Positions 1-11,109 of a DNA stretch of 64,000 bases are shown here, in pieces. Under the pieces are notes generated by a model. It saw only the letters and a list, made by a program, of their open reading frames with translations. It was not told where the DNA came from and made no database searches. A program made the translations under genes and the position numbers. The first letter of the stretch is position 1. The number at the start of each line of letters is the position of its first letter. The DNA is from Malacoraja senta (lineage: Eukaryota), in the NCBI GenBank assembly GCA_038087875.1, contig CM075980.1, positions 10,168,001-10,232,000 of the forward strand, given 5' to 3'.

Positions 1-2878
1 CGATGTTAGACTAACTGGTCTGTAATTCCCCGTTTTCTCTCTCCCTCCCTTTTTAAAAAGTGGGGTTACATTAGCTACCCTCCAATCCTCAGGAACTACT
101 CCAGAATCTAAGGAGTTTTGAAAAATTATCACTAATGCATCCACTATTTCTGGGGCTACTTCCTTAACTACTCTGGGATGCAGCCTATCTGGCCCTGGGG
201 ATTTATCGGCCTTTAATCCATTCAATTTACCTAACACCACTTCCCGGCTAACCTGGATTTCACTCAGTTCCTCCATCTCATTTGACCCGCGGTCCCCTGC
301 TATTTCCGGCAGATTATTTATGTCTTCCTTAGTGAAGACAGAACCAAAGTAGTTATTCAATTGGTCTGCCATGTCCTTGATTCCCCATGATCAATTCACC
401 TGTTTCTGACTGCAAGGGACCCTACATTTGTTTTAACTAATCTTTTTCTCTTCACATATCTATAAAAACCTTTGCAGTCAGTTTTTATGTTCCCTGCCAG
501 TTTTCTTTCATAATCTATTTTCCCTTTCCTAATTAAGCCCTTTGTCCTCCTCTGCTGGATTCTGAATTTCTCCCAGTCCTCTGGTAGGCTGCTTTTTCTG
601 GCTAATTTGTACGCTTCATCTTTTGTTTTGATACTATCCCTGATTTCCCTTGTTATCCACGGATGCACTACCTTCCCTGATTTATTCTTTTGCCAAACTG
701 GGATGAACAATTGTTGTAGTTCATCCATGCAGTCTTTAAATGCCTTCCATTTCATATCCACCGTCAACCCTTTAAGAATCAATTGCCAGTAAATCTTGGC
801 CAATTCACGTCTCATACGCTCAAAGTTACCTTTCTTTAAGTTCAGAACCCTTGTTTCTGAATTAACAATGTCACTCTCCATCCTAATGAAGAACTCAACC
901 ATATTATGGTCACACTTGCCCAAGGGGCCACGCACAACAAGACTGCTAACTAACCCTCCCTCGTTACTCAATACCCAGTCTAGAATAGCCTGCTCTCTCG
1001 TTGGTTCCTCTACATGTTGGTTTAGAAAACTATCCCGCATACATTCCAAGAAATCCTCTTCCTCATCACCCCTGCCAATTTGATTCACCCAATCTATATG
1101 TAGATTGAAGTCACCCATTATAACTGTTTTACCTTTGTTGCACGCATTTCTAATTTCCTGTTTGATGCCATCTCCAACTCCACTACTACTGTTAGGTGGC
1201 CTGTACACAACACCCACTAGCGTTTTCTGCCCCTTAGTGTTTCGCAGCTCTACCCATTTCGATTCCACATCCTCCAAGCTAATGTCCTTCCTTTCTATTG
1301 CGTTAATCTCCTCTCTAACCAGCAACGCTACCCCACCTCCTTTTCCTTTCTGTTTATCCCTCCTGAATATTGAATATCCCTGGATGTTCAGCTCCCAGCC
1401 TTGGTCACCCTGGAGCCATGTCTCCGTGATCCCAACTATATCATAGTCATTAATAGCTATCTGCACATTCAAATCATCCACCTTATTACGAATGCTCCTT
1501 GCATTGAGACACAAAGCCTTCAGGCTTGTTTTTACAACGCTCTTACCCCTTATACAATTATGTTGAAAAGTGGCCCTTTTTGATTTTTGCCCTGGATTTG
1601 TCTGCCTGCCACTTTTACTTTTCACCTTGCTACCTATTGCTTCTACCCTCATTTTACACCCCTCTGTCTCTGCTCACACATTTAAGAAACCCACCACCTC
1701 TTATTGTCTGTTTATTATTTTTTTCTTCTTTCCCCCCTACATGTTGGGTCTGAGTGCTTCCCTTCTCTGCCTCCTGCCTCACACACTGTCTACTAGCTTT
1801 CTCTATTTGTGTCCCTCCCCCCAACCGTTCTAGTTTAAAGTCTCCCCAGTAGCCTTTGCAAATCTCCCCGCCAGGATATTGGTCCCCCTCAGGTACAAGT
1901 GCAACCCATCCTTTTTGTACAGGTCGAACCTTCCACAAAAGAGGTCCCAATGATCCAGAAACTTGAATCCCTGCCTTCTGCACCAGTCCTTCAGCCACGC
2001 ATTTATCCTCCACCTCGCTCCATTCCTACTCTCACTGTCGCTTGGCACAGGCAGTAATCCCGAGATTGTTACCTTTGCGGTCCTTCTCCTTAACTCTCCT
2101 CCTAACTCCCTAAATTCTCCTTTCAGGACCTCTTCTCTTTTTCTACCTATGTCATTGGTACCTATATGTACCACGACTTCGGGCTCCTCTCCCTCCCATT
2201 TCAGGATATCTTGGACACGTTCAGACACATCCCAGACGCTGGCACCAGGGAGGCAAACTACCATCCGGGTCTCCTGACTGCGTCCACAGAATCGCCTATC
2301 TGATCCCCTAACTATAGAGTCCCCTATTACTATTGCCCTCCTCTTCTTTTCCTTACCCTTCTGAGCAACAGGGCCGGTCTCTGTACCGGAGGCCCGGCCG
2401 CTGTCGCTACCCCCAGGTAGGCTGTCCCCCCCCCAACAATACTCAAACAGGAGTACTTATTGTCAAGGTGTACAGCCACCGGGGTACTCTCTAGTCCCTG
2501 CCTCTGCCCCTTGCCTCTCCCAACCGTGACCCACTTGTCTGTCTCCCATGGTTTTGGAGTGGCCACCTCTCTATGACCTCCTCACTCTCCCTGACCAGAC
2601 GGAGGTCATCGAGCTGCTGCTCCAGGTTCCTAATACGGTCCCTTAGGAGCCCCATCTCGACGCACCTGGCGCAAATGTGGACGTCTGGAAGGCTATCAGA
2701 CTCCATGACTTCCCACATCTGACATCCAGAACAGTAAACTGCCCTGGCCCTCATTCTCCCCCTTACCCTGGATACAATACAAAGTGCTGGAAGAAATCAG
2801 CAGGGATCTGACTCCCAATCAGCTGCTTCTTCGAGTCCGCTTCCACCAATCAGCGGCTTCCTCAAGCCCACTTGTTTT
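1..2878 (-). mobile_element. CR1-clade LINE, 5' part: 5'UTR, ORF1 (Cys-rich N-terminus plus SGNH esterase, frameshifted) and ORF2 APE endonuclease; runs off the window start
   Basis: ORF 2491-2754 (YCSGCQMW...HICARC); ORF 1830-2264 (VVVHIGTNDIG, esterase); ORF 396-1652 (CLNARSIRNK, ITETWL, VVYRPP, IMGDFN, APE domain). Two ATTGG boxes in the 5'UTR. Confidence 0.93.
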
Positions 2879-3004
2879 GAAATGCGAATGAAGGATCCTC
2901 AGAGAGACTCTGAATTTCCTCAGCTGCCTGAGATGGTAAAGGCACTGGCAAAAGCATGGAATAAAATTGAAATGAAATCGTTGAACAGAAAATTAAAACA
3001 TCAA

Positions 3005-3835
3005 TAAATATCAATAGACAATAGACAATAGGTGCAGGAGTAGGCCATTCGGCCCTTCGAGCCAGCACCGCCATTCAATGTGATCGTGGCTGATCATCCA
3101 CAATCAGTACCCCGTTCCTGCCTTCTCCCATATCCCCTGACTCCGCTATCTTTAAGAGCCCTATCTAGCTCTCTCTTCAAAGCATCCAGAGAACCGGCCT
3201 CCACCGCCCTCTGAGGCAGAGAATTCCACAGACTCACCACTCTCTGTGAAAAAAAGTGTTTCCTCGTCTCCGTTCTATATGGCTTACTCCTTATTCTTAA
3301 ACTGTGGCCCCTGGTTCTGGACTCCCCCAACATCGGGAACATGTTTCCTGCCTCTAGCGTGTCCAAGCCCTCATCCTTCTAAACTCCAGAGTGTACAAGC
3401 CCAGCCGCATCAGATTAAACCATTGAAAACAAAATTAAAGCATCAAACGCAAATGATATTCAAATTAATTAAAGCATTCAATATAAATCAAAGCCTCAAA
3501 TAGAAATCAAATTATAGCATTCAAAAGAATGATCAATTTTGGAAGAGCACAAATCATGTGGAGGTTAAAGCAATTTAGAACGGAGACGAGGAAACACTTT
3601 TTCTCACAGAGAGTGATGTCTGTGGAATTCTCTGCCTCAGAGGGCGGTGGAGGCCAGTTCTCTGGATACTTTCAAGAGAGAGCTAGATAGGGCTCTTAAA
3701 GATAGCGGTCAGGGGATATGAGAAGCAGTCAGAAGGTAGGAACGGGGTTGTAGATGATCAGCCATGATCACATTGAATGGCGGTGCTGGCTTGAAGGGCC
3801 GAATGGCCTACTCCAGCACCTATTGTCTATTGATC
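3005..3835. mobile_element. Two CR1 3'-end fragments in opposite orientations (about 3005-3370 minus, 3555-3835 plus)
   Basis: ORF 3094-3366 (RTRGHSLRIR...FFSQRVVSLWNSLP); 3'UTR ggctcgaagggccgaatggcctactcc and (GACAATA)n tail. Confidence 0.85.
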
Positions 3836-3973
3836 GCTGGCCGGCCCGGACTCGGTGGGTCGAAGGGCCTGTTTCCGCGCAGTATCTCTAATCTAAATGA
3901 CTCGATAATGACTGTGACTCTATCAGTCTGTGACTCTGTGGCTCCGTGACTCTCGGTCTCTTTGACTCTGCAG

Positions 3974-4154
3974 GTTTTTGTCGAGCTGAACGAGCTGGTG
4001 GTGGACAAGAACAACGAGATGACGTGGCAGGAGACGGCGAGGTGGATCAAGTTCGAGGAGGACGTGGAGTCGGAGACGGACAAGTGGGGGAAGCCGCACG
4101 TGGCCTCCCTGACCTTCCGGAGCCTGCTGGAGCTGAGGAAAACCATCGCTCAGG
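3974..4154 (+). CDS. slc4a3: SLC4 anion exchanger cytoplasmic-domain exon (VFVELNELVVDKNNEMTWQETARWIKFEEDVESETDKWGKPHVASLTFRSLLELRKTIAQG)
   Basis: cag|GTT acceptor at 3971-3973; G|gtgag donor at 4155. Classic AE-family motif WxETARWIKFEEDVE...WGKPHVASL. Confidence 0.93.
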
Positions 4155-4696
4155 GTGAGCAATGAGGTGCAGCAACTGCCCCAGTCATACCCCCCCACGT
4201 TCACCCCCCCCCCCCCCCACACATCACGGCCTGGTTCAGCAATTCCAACGCCCAGCAGTGAAAGAGGTTAGAAACATAGAAACATAGAAAATAGGTGCAG
4301 GAGGAGGCCATTCTTGGTTCTTGGTTTCTTGGTCCTCCAAAATATTCCAAATGTAATTTAAACTGGGGGTGGTGGAGGGAAGACTTAAGCCAGAAAGGGT
4401 TTTTGGGAAGAAAGAGCTACCTTAAATTTAGTTGTATCTGGTTGGGTAACTATAGTAGGGTGAAGACTATTCCATGCTTTAATTATGCGGGGCACAAGCC
4501 ATCGAGCCAGCACCACCATTCATTGTGATCATGGCTGATCGTCCTATATCAATAACCCGTGCCTGCCTTCTCCCCATATCCCTTGACTCCACTAGCCCCT
4601 AGAGCTCTATCTAACTCTCTCTTAAATTCAGTGTGATCGTGGCTGATCATCCCCAATCAGTACCCCGTTCCTGCCTTCTCCCCATATCCCCTGACT

Positions 4697-5243
4697 CCAC
4701 CAAATCTGAGGAAGGACATTATAGCCATAGATGGAGTGCAGAGAAGGTTCACCAGACTGATTCCTGGGATGTCAGGACTTTCATATGAAGAAAGACTGGA
4801 TAGACTCGGCATATACTCACTAGAATTTAGGAGATTGAGAGGGGATCTTACAGAAACGTACAAAATTCTTATGGGGTTGGACAGGCTAGATGCAGGAAGA
4901 TTGTTCCCGATGTTGGGGAAGTCCAGGACAAGGGGTCACAGCTTAAGGATAAGGGGGAAATCCTTTAAGACCGAGATGAGAAAAAACGTTTTCACACAGA
5001 GAGTGGTGAATCTCTGGAACTCTCTGCCACAGAGGGTAGTTGAGGCCAGTTCATTGGCTATATTTAAGAGGGAGTTAGATGTGGCCCTTGTGGCTAAAGG
5101 GATCGGGGGTATGGAGAGAAGGCAGGTATGGGATACTGAGTTGGATGATCAGCCATGATCATATTGAATGGCGGTGCAGGCTCGAAGGGCCGAATGGCCT
5201 ACTCCTGCACCTATTTTCTATGTATCTATGTATCTATGTATCT
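4697..5243 (+). mobile_element. Young CR1 3' fragment with (ATGTATCT)n tail, preceded by inverted CR1 3' ends (about 4490-4696)
   Basis: ORF 4736-5158 (QRRFTRLIPGM...RTRGHSL); nearly identical to 60320-60857. Confidence 0.9.
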
Positions 5244-5875
5244 TCACTGACCTCCCCACCATCGAAGGGATCTCCAGGAGTCGCTGCCTCAAAAAGGCAG
5301 ACAGCATCGTCAGAGACCCACGCCACCCTGGCCACTCTCATTTCAAACTGTAAGGTCCAGGTTCAGAAAATTGATGGGGTTAAAGTATTTTTCCCCACAG
5401 CAGGAGAATCAAGAATACGGATGTCGGGAAGAACCTGGACGTTACAGTTTTCAGGCTCCTGTACCTTCTTCCCAATGGCAATGGTGAAATGAGAGCGTGG
5501 CCAGCGACTCCTGTAGATCCCTTCGATGGTGGGGAGGTCAGCGAAGATAGTGGAGTCGGGATATGGGGAGAAGGCAGGAACGGGGTACGGATTGTGGATG
5601 ATCAGCCATGATCACAATGAATGGTGGTGCTGGCTCGAAGGGCCGAATGGCCGACTCCTGCACCTATTGTCTATTGTCTACATATTAAAACTACACGTGT
5701 GTGAGAAAGAACTGCAGATGTTGGATAAAATCGAAGGTAGACACAAAATGCTGGAGTAACTCAGCGGGTGAGGCAGCATCTCTGGAGAGAAGGAATGGGT
5801 GACGTTTCGGGTCGCGACTCTTCAGACAGATGTCATATGTACTGACAATGGAACATTAAAACCCTTACCTTCAGC

Positions 5876-6921
5876 TAGCAATGTTACAAAATTTTGAGAT
5901 TTTAAAAATCAAGTCTTCAATTTATCCCATCAGATAAAGCATAAAAATAAGTTTAATTTGACACATAATTCACTTTCATATCTTCAGTATTAAAAAAGTT
6001 ATGGCGATTTTCATACTCGGAAATTAGCATCTTGTTCCCTATTGCTTTTCCATTGACTTAACACAAAAGCTGTGATCGAGGACAGTCAAAAGCCCATAAC
6101 TTTCTTACAAATTAAGAGAACTGAAAGAAATTTTCAGTTATTATAGATTGAAGCATTCTGAAACAAATATGAAACAATCTTACTTGGATGACCTGAAATT
6201 AAAGCATATAATTAGTTAGTTACCTAATTGTAGCTAATTACAAAATTCAATTACTAGAACTAAACATCTATCCATTTCTTAAGAAAAGATTAACATTTTT
6301 AAATAGCCTGTGTCCAAATATCATTCACACATGAATTCACAATATAACATGATTTTAAAATCTCATTGTCATGAATTTATAGGCCAAATGGAAGGAATTT
6401 AATGTTAAATTCCCGTAAATTAATGGCCATTTTAATCATCTTGCGAGTGGGTTTTTGTGGAACGCGATCGATTGGAACGTTGCGGTTTGCGGTGAATTTG
6501 AACCCCATATCGGCAGGAAAAACACTGTCAGTTCGTATGGGGCCATAATCACATTTTCGCCAATGAAATTTTGATTAGTCACCCTAAGAAGCAAGTTTAT
6601 ATGTAAAATAAACGACTTACCTTATGTTTTGTCCCCTCCGTGAGATCCGTCCCGTTGTCGGCATTGACGGCGTTGGAAGTCGCTTTTTTATTTTACTCCA
6701 GCGATTAAATTGTCCCGCGATTTTTTTTTTAAACTTCCGAGAACGCAAGTCGATACAATTTTTCAGCATCAGCTAGCAGCCCGAGAAAATATATCTTGGA
6801 CAAGCAGGAGAAAACGGCATTTTAATCCCGCCCCCCCCCCCCCCTCAAAGGCGGCAAAGTCGCGCACACGGCCAGTGGCAGAACTGCAGCGCCGCTGAAG
6901 GTAAGTATTGTAACATACCTA
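5876..6921. mobile_element. Non-autonomous DNA transposon of about 1.05 kb with TIR TAGSWATGTTACAA
   Basis: tagcaatgttacaa at 5876; ttgtaacataccta ending at 6921; cttcagc repeated on both flanks; no transposase ORF. Confidence 0.6.
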
Positions 6922-7065
6922 CTTCAGCAGCATAATAACAGCCTGGAAACACAATATACAGTACACGTGATATATAATAAACAAGAATTAATAACCACAA
7001 AATTAGTTTAAAAACCCTGATGTTCTTAGTTCAAGCAAAGACAGTCCATGGTTCATAGTGGAGAA

Positions 7066-7266
7066 GAAGACACAGAGTGCTGGAGTAACTCAGCGGGTCA
7101 GGCAGCATCTGTGGAGAACATGGATAGGTGACGTTTCACAGAGTGCTGGAGTAACTCAACGGGTCAGGCAGCATCTGTGGAGAACATGGATAGATAAAGT
7201 TTTGGGACAGGACTGTTCTTTAGGCTGAGTAAACCTGCTGAGTTACTCCAGCACTCTGTGTCTTCT
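7066..7266. repeat. Penelope-terminus-derived fold-back repeat with an internal tandem copy of about 67 bp
   Basis: agaagacacagagtgctggagtaactcagc and its reverse complement bound the element; same motif family as 7580-7700. Confidence 0.6.
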
Positions 7267-7577
7267 GTAAACTAGCATCTGCATTTCCTTGTTTGCATGG
7301 GTCATAGCTGAGGTTAGTGTTGTGCATTGTTCAAGAGCCTATGGTTGTTGGAAAGATTGGACTTTGCTGGCTTTACCTTGCACTAAACATTATTCCCTCA
7401 TTATGTATCTGTACACTGCAAATGGCTCAATTATATCACGTATTATCTTTCTGCTGACTGGTTAGAACGCTTTTCACTGCACCTCGGTACAGGTGACAAT
7501 GAACTAAACAACTGAACTGAAAGCCAGTTAGGTCTGATCAAAAATAGTCCGAGAGTCACCAATAAGGTAGATACTGT

Positions 7578-8092
7578 TTAAGAAAGAACTGCAGATGCTG
7601 GAAAAATCGAAGGTAGACAAAAATGCTGGAGAAACTCAGCGGGTGAGGCAGCATCTATGGAGCGAAGGAATAGGTGACGTTTCGGGCCGAGACCCTTCTT
7701 CAGACTGATGTGAGGGTGGGGGGAGGGGGAAGAAGAAAGAAATAGGCGGAGACAGTGGGCTGTGGGAGAGTTGGGAAGGGGAGGGGAAAGAGGGTGTAAA
7801 CTACCCAAGCGAAATATGAGGTGCTGATCCTCCAATTTGCGGTGGGACTCACTCTGGCCACGGAGGAGGCCCAGGACAGAAAGGTCGGATTCGGAATGGG
7901 AGGGGGAGTTGAAGTGCTGAGCCACCGGGAGATCAGGTTGGTTATTGCGAACTGAGCGGAGGTGTTGGGCGAAGCGATCGCCAAGCCTACGCTTGGTCTC
8001 ACCGATGTAGAGCAGTTGACACCTGGAACAGCGGATGCAATAGATGAGGTTGGAGGAGGTGCAGGTGAACCTCTGCCGCACCTGGAAAGACT
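7578..8092 (-). mobile_element. Penelope-like retroelement 3' fragment, GIY-YIG endonuclease
   Basis: ORF NLIYCIRCSRCQLLYIGETKRRLGDRFAQH...PVAQHFN...QHLIFRLGSLHP. Confidence 0.88.
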
Positions 8093-8400
8093 AATCTACC
8101 TGGAAAGGTAGATCCTGTAGCTGTTCAGGACCGCTCTCTAGTTGGTGAGAGGACGGTTCAGTTGCCTGATAACAGCCAGGAAGAAACTGTCCCTGAATCT
8201 GGAGGTGAGCGTTTTCACACTTCTGTACCTCTTGCCCGATGGGAGAGGGGAGAAGAGGGAGTGGCCGGGGGTGAGACTGGTCCTTGATTATGCTGCTGGC
8301 CTTGCCGAGGCAGCGTGAGGTGTAGATGGAGTCGACGGAAGGGAGGTTGGTTTGTGTGTGTGACGGTCTGGGCTGCGTCAGCAATTTCTTGCGGTGGTGA
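8093..8400 (-). mobile_element. Rex1/Babar-like LINE 3' fragment
   Basis: Translation LPSVDSIYTSRCLGKASSIIKDQSHP, typical of the C-terminus of these RTs. Confidence 0.7.
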
Positions 8401-8489
8401 GGTATAAATGGAGGTTTGGGGTGCGGGGAAGGGATGGAGGGTTTGGATGAAGGCCTTACACTAATGGCGTTGTGTGTGACTCTCACCAG

Positions 8490-8625
8490 GGGCCGTGCTG
8501 TTGGACTTGGAGCAGAAGACTTTACCTGGCATTGCCCATCTGGTGGTGGAAACCATGGTCATCTCGGACCAGATCAAAGCTGAGGACAGGGCCAATGTGC
8601 TGAGAGCTCTCCTGGTGAAACACAG
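8490..8625 (+). CDS. slc4a3: SLC4 anion exchanger exon (AVLLDLEQKTLPGIAHLVVETMVISDQIKAEDRANVLRALLVKH)
   Basis: ccag acceptor and AG|gtacc donor; phase fits the previous exon. LDLEQxTLPGIAHLVVETM matches AE3 as I recall it better than AE2. Confidence 0.92.
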
Positions 8626-8679
8626 GTACCCTGGTGCTGGGCACTCAGAGATGGGCACCTTGGCATTGAGGGAATCCAA

Positions 8680-9009
8680 AAGCCCTGTCCCACTGTACGA
8701 GTTCATTCCAAGAGCTCTCCCGAGTTTTAAAAAAATCAAACCCGTGGTTAGCACGGAGAATGAACATAGCGGGTACGTCGGAGCTCGAGGACGTCTCTTA
8801 GCGGCTCATAACGCTAATGGCAGGTACTTGGGAAGACTCGTTACTGGCAGGTAAGCACGGGAAGACTCGTGAAGATTTTTCAACATGTTGAAAAATGTCC
8901 ACGAGAGCCCCGAGTACCGACGAGTGGCCATTACCGTAAATCCCCGAGTTCGAATCCGGGCAAACTCGGGAGAACTCTTGGAATGAACTCGTACAGTGGG
9001 ACAGGGCTT
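8680..9009. mobile_element. MITE with TIRs of about 48 bp (PIF/Harbinger-like or Kolobok-like)
   Basis: aagccctgtcccactgtacgagttcattccaagagctctcccgagttt is inverted at about 8962-9009 with 1 mismatch; taa follows the right end. Confidence 0.8.
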
Positions 9010-9208
9010 TAATCGTGGGGTTCTGGGGGGAGGGTAAATATAGAGTAACATACCCGGGAGTGAATTACAGGCTGGGTTACTATCTTGGGTTCATAAGGTA
9101 CCGAATTAGTTCAGTTTTGAGATACAGATCCTTCGGCCCACCGAGTCCGCACCGACCCGTTCACACTAGTTCTATCCTACTCACTCGGGACAATTTGCTG
9201 CCACAGTC

Positions 9209-10808
9209 ATGACCACACCTGGAGTATTGTGTGCAGTTTTGGTCTCCAAACTTGAGGAAGGACATTCTTGCTATTGAGGGAGTGCAGCGTAGGTTCACCA
9301 GGTTAATTCCCGGGATGGCGGGACTGTCATATGCTGAGAGAATGGAGCGGCTGGGCTTGTTTACACTGGAATTTAGAAGTATGAGAGGGGATCTTATTGA
9401 AACATATAAGATTATTACTGTATGTCGTTGTCAATAGACAATAGACAATAGACAATAGGTGCAGGAGTAGGCCATTCGGCCCTCTAAAGCCAGCATCTCC
9501 ATTCAATGTGATCATGGCTGATCATCCCCAATCAGTACCCCGTTCCTGCCTTCTCCCCATATCCCCTGACTCCGCTATCTTTAAGAGCCCTATCTAGCTC
9601 TCTCTTGAAAGCATCCAGAGAACCTGCATCCACCGCCCTCTGAGGCAGAGAATTCCACAGACTCACAACTCTGTGAAAAAAGTGTTTCCTTGTCTCCGTT
9701 GTGGGCGGAGCACCAAGGCAAATTTCTTGTATGTGAATACTTGGCCAATAATCTTATTCATTAATTCAAGATTATTAAGGGTTTGGACACGCTAGAGGCA
9801 GGAAACATGTTCCCGATGTTGGGGGAGTCCAGAACCAGGGGCCACAGTTTAAGAATAAGGGATAAGCCATTTAGAACGGAGATGAGGAAATACTTTTTCA
9901 CACAGAGATTGTGAGTCCATCTTCAAGATAGCCTCCAAGCCTAGTAATGGGGGGCATCTGCCTCCGTGAAGACCTCAGGCCACCCAACTGGTGGTGTCAC
10001 CCAAGTGTCACCCAGTTCTGGGCACCGTGTTAGAGGAAAGATGTTGTCAAGCTTGAAAGGGTACAGAGAAGATTTACGAGGATGTTGCCAGGACTAGAGG
10101 GTGTGAGCTACAGGGAGAGGTTGAGTGGGCTGGGTGTCTATTCCTTGGAGCGCAGGAGGATGAGGGGTGATCTTATAGAGGTGTACAAAATCATGAGAGG
10201 AATAGATCGGGTAGATGCACAGAGTCTTGCCCAGAGTTGGGGAATCGAGTAGCAGAGGACGTAGGTTTAAGGTGAAGGGGGAAATGATTTAATAGGAATC
10301 TGAGGGGTATCTTTTTCACACAAAGGGTGTTGGGTGTATGGAACGAGCTGCCAGAGACAATAGACAATAGGTGCAGGAGTAGGCCATTCAGCCCTTCGAG
10401 GCAGCACCGCCACTCAATGTGATCATGGCTGATCATCCCCAATCAGTACCGCGTTCCTGCCTTCTCCCCATATCACCTGACTCCGCTATTTTTAAGAGCC
10501 CTATCTAGCTCTCTCTTGAAAGCATCCAGAGAACCTGCCTCCACCGCCCTCTGAAGCAGAGAATTCCACAGACTCACCACTCTCTGTGAGAAAAAGTCAC
10601 CGTTCTAAATGGCAGAGGAGGTAGTTGAGGCAGGGGGTGTCCTAATGTTTACGAAACAGACAAGGTACATGGATAGGACAGGTTTGGAGGGATATGGACC
10701 AAACGCGGGCAGGTGGGACTAATGGCGAAGGGACATATTGGCCTGTGTGGGCAAGTTGGGCCGAAGGGCCTGTTTCCACGCTGTGTCACTCTATGACGAG
10801 TCTATGAC
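9209..10808. mobile_element. Nested CR1 3' fragments: plus-strand copies (about 9209-9925 and 10030-10808) each interrupted by a minus-strand CR1 3' end (about 9430-9700 and 10345-10600)
   Basis: QFWSPNLRKDILAIEGVQRRFTRL translation; (GACAATA)n and (CTATGACT)n tails. Confidence 0.8.
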
Positions 10809-10830
10809 TAAGGAGCCACTTCCCTTCCAG

Positions 10831-11020
10831 CCACCCTAACGATGAGAAAGAAGGAAGCTTCTTCCCTCGCACCGGAAACAGCAGCGTGTCCTCCGTTCTG
10901 AGCAACCACCATCTTCACCACGAGCACTACCCCTCCAATGACCAGGTCATCACCCTGCCCTTGATGGAAGAGGAGCGTGTCGAGACTGAGGATTCCAAGA
11001 CGCTAGAGTCCGACTCCCAG
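10831..11020 (+). CDS. slc4a3: SLC4 anion exchanger exon (HPNDEKEGSFFPRTGNSSVSSVLSNHH...LESDSQ); missed by the ORF track
   Basis: cttccag acceptor and CAG|gtgagt donor; 190 bp, continuing the frame (AG+C = Ser). Resembles AE3 SHPNDDKDSGFFPRNPSSSSMNSVLGNHH. Confidence 0.88.
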
Positions 11021-11051
11021 GTGAGTCCGACTTCAGTGCGTTAGTCGCCAG

Positions 11052-11106
11052 TGGTTTCCACCACCAGATGGGCAATGCCAGGTAAAGTCTTCTGCTCCAA
11101 GTCCAA
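11052..11106 (-). repeat. Exact 55-bp inverted copy of SLC4 exon sequence 8501-8555
   Basis: The reverse complement of 11052-11106 is ttggacttggagcagaagactttacctggcattgcccatctggtggtggaaacca, identical to 8501-8555. Confidence 0.95.
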
Positions 11107-11109
11107 GTG

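Noticed and set aside
607-1833. Many short ORFs antisense to CR1 elements across the window (for example VSSANL-containing frames)
   Set aside because: These are opposite-strand shadows of LINE ORF2.
8495-8854. 119-aa ORF as a complete gene
   Set aside because: It is an SLC4 exon reading through its donor into intron and MITE sequence.
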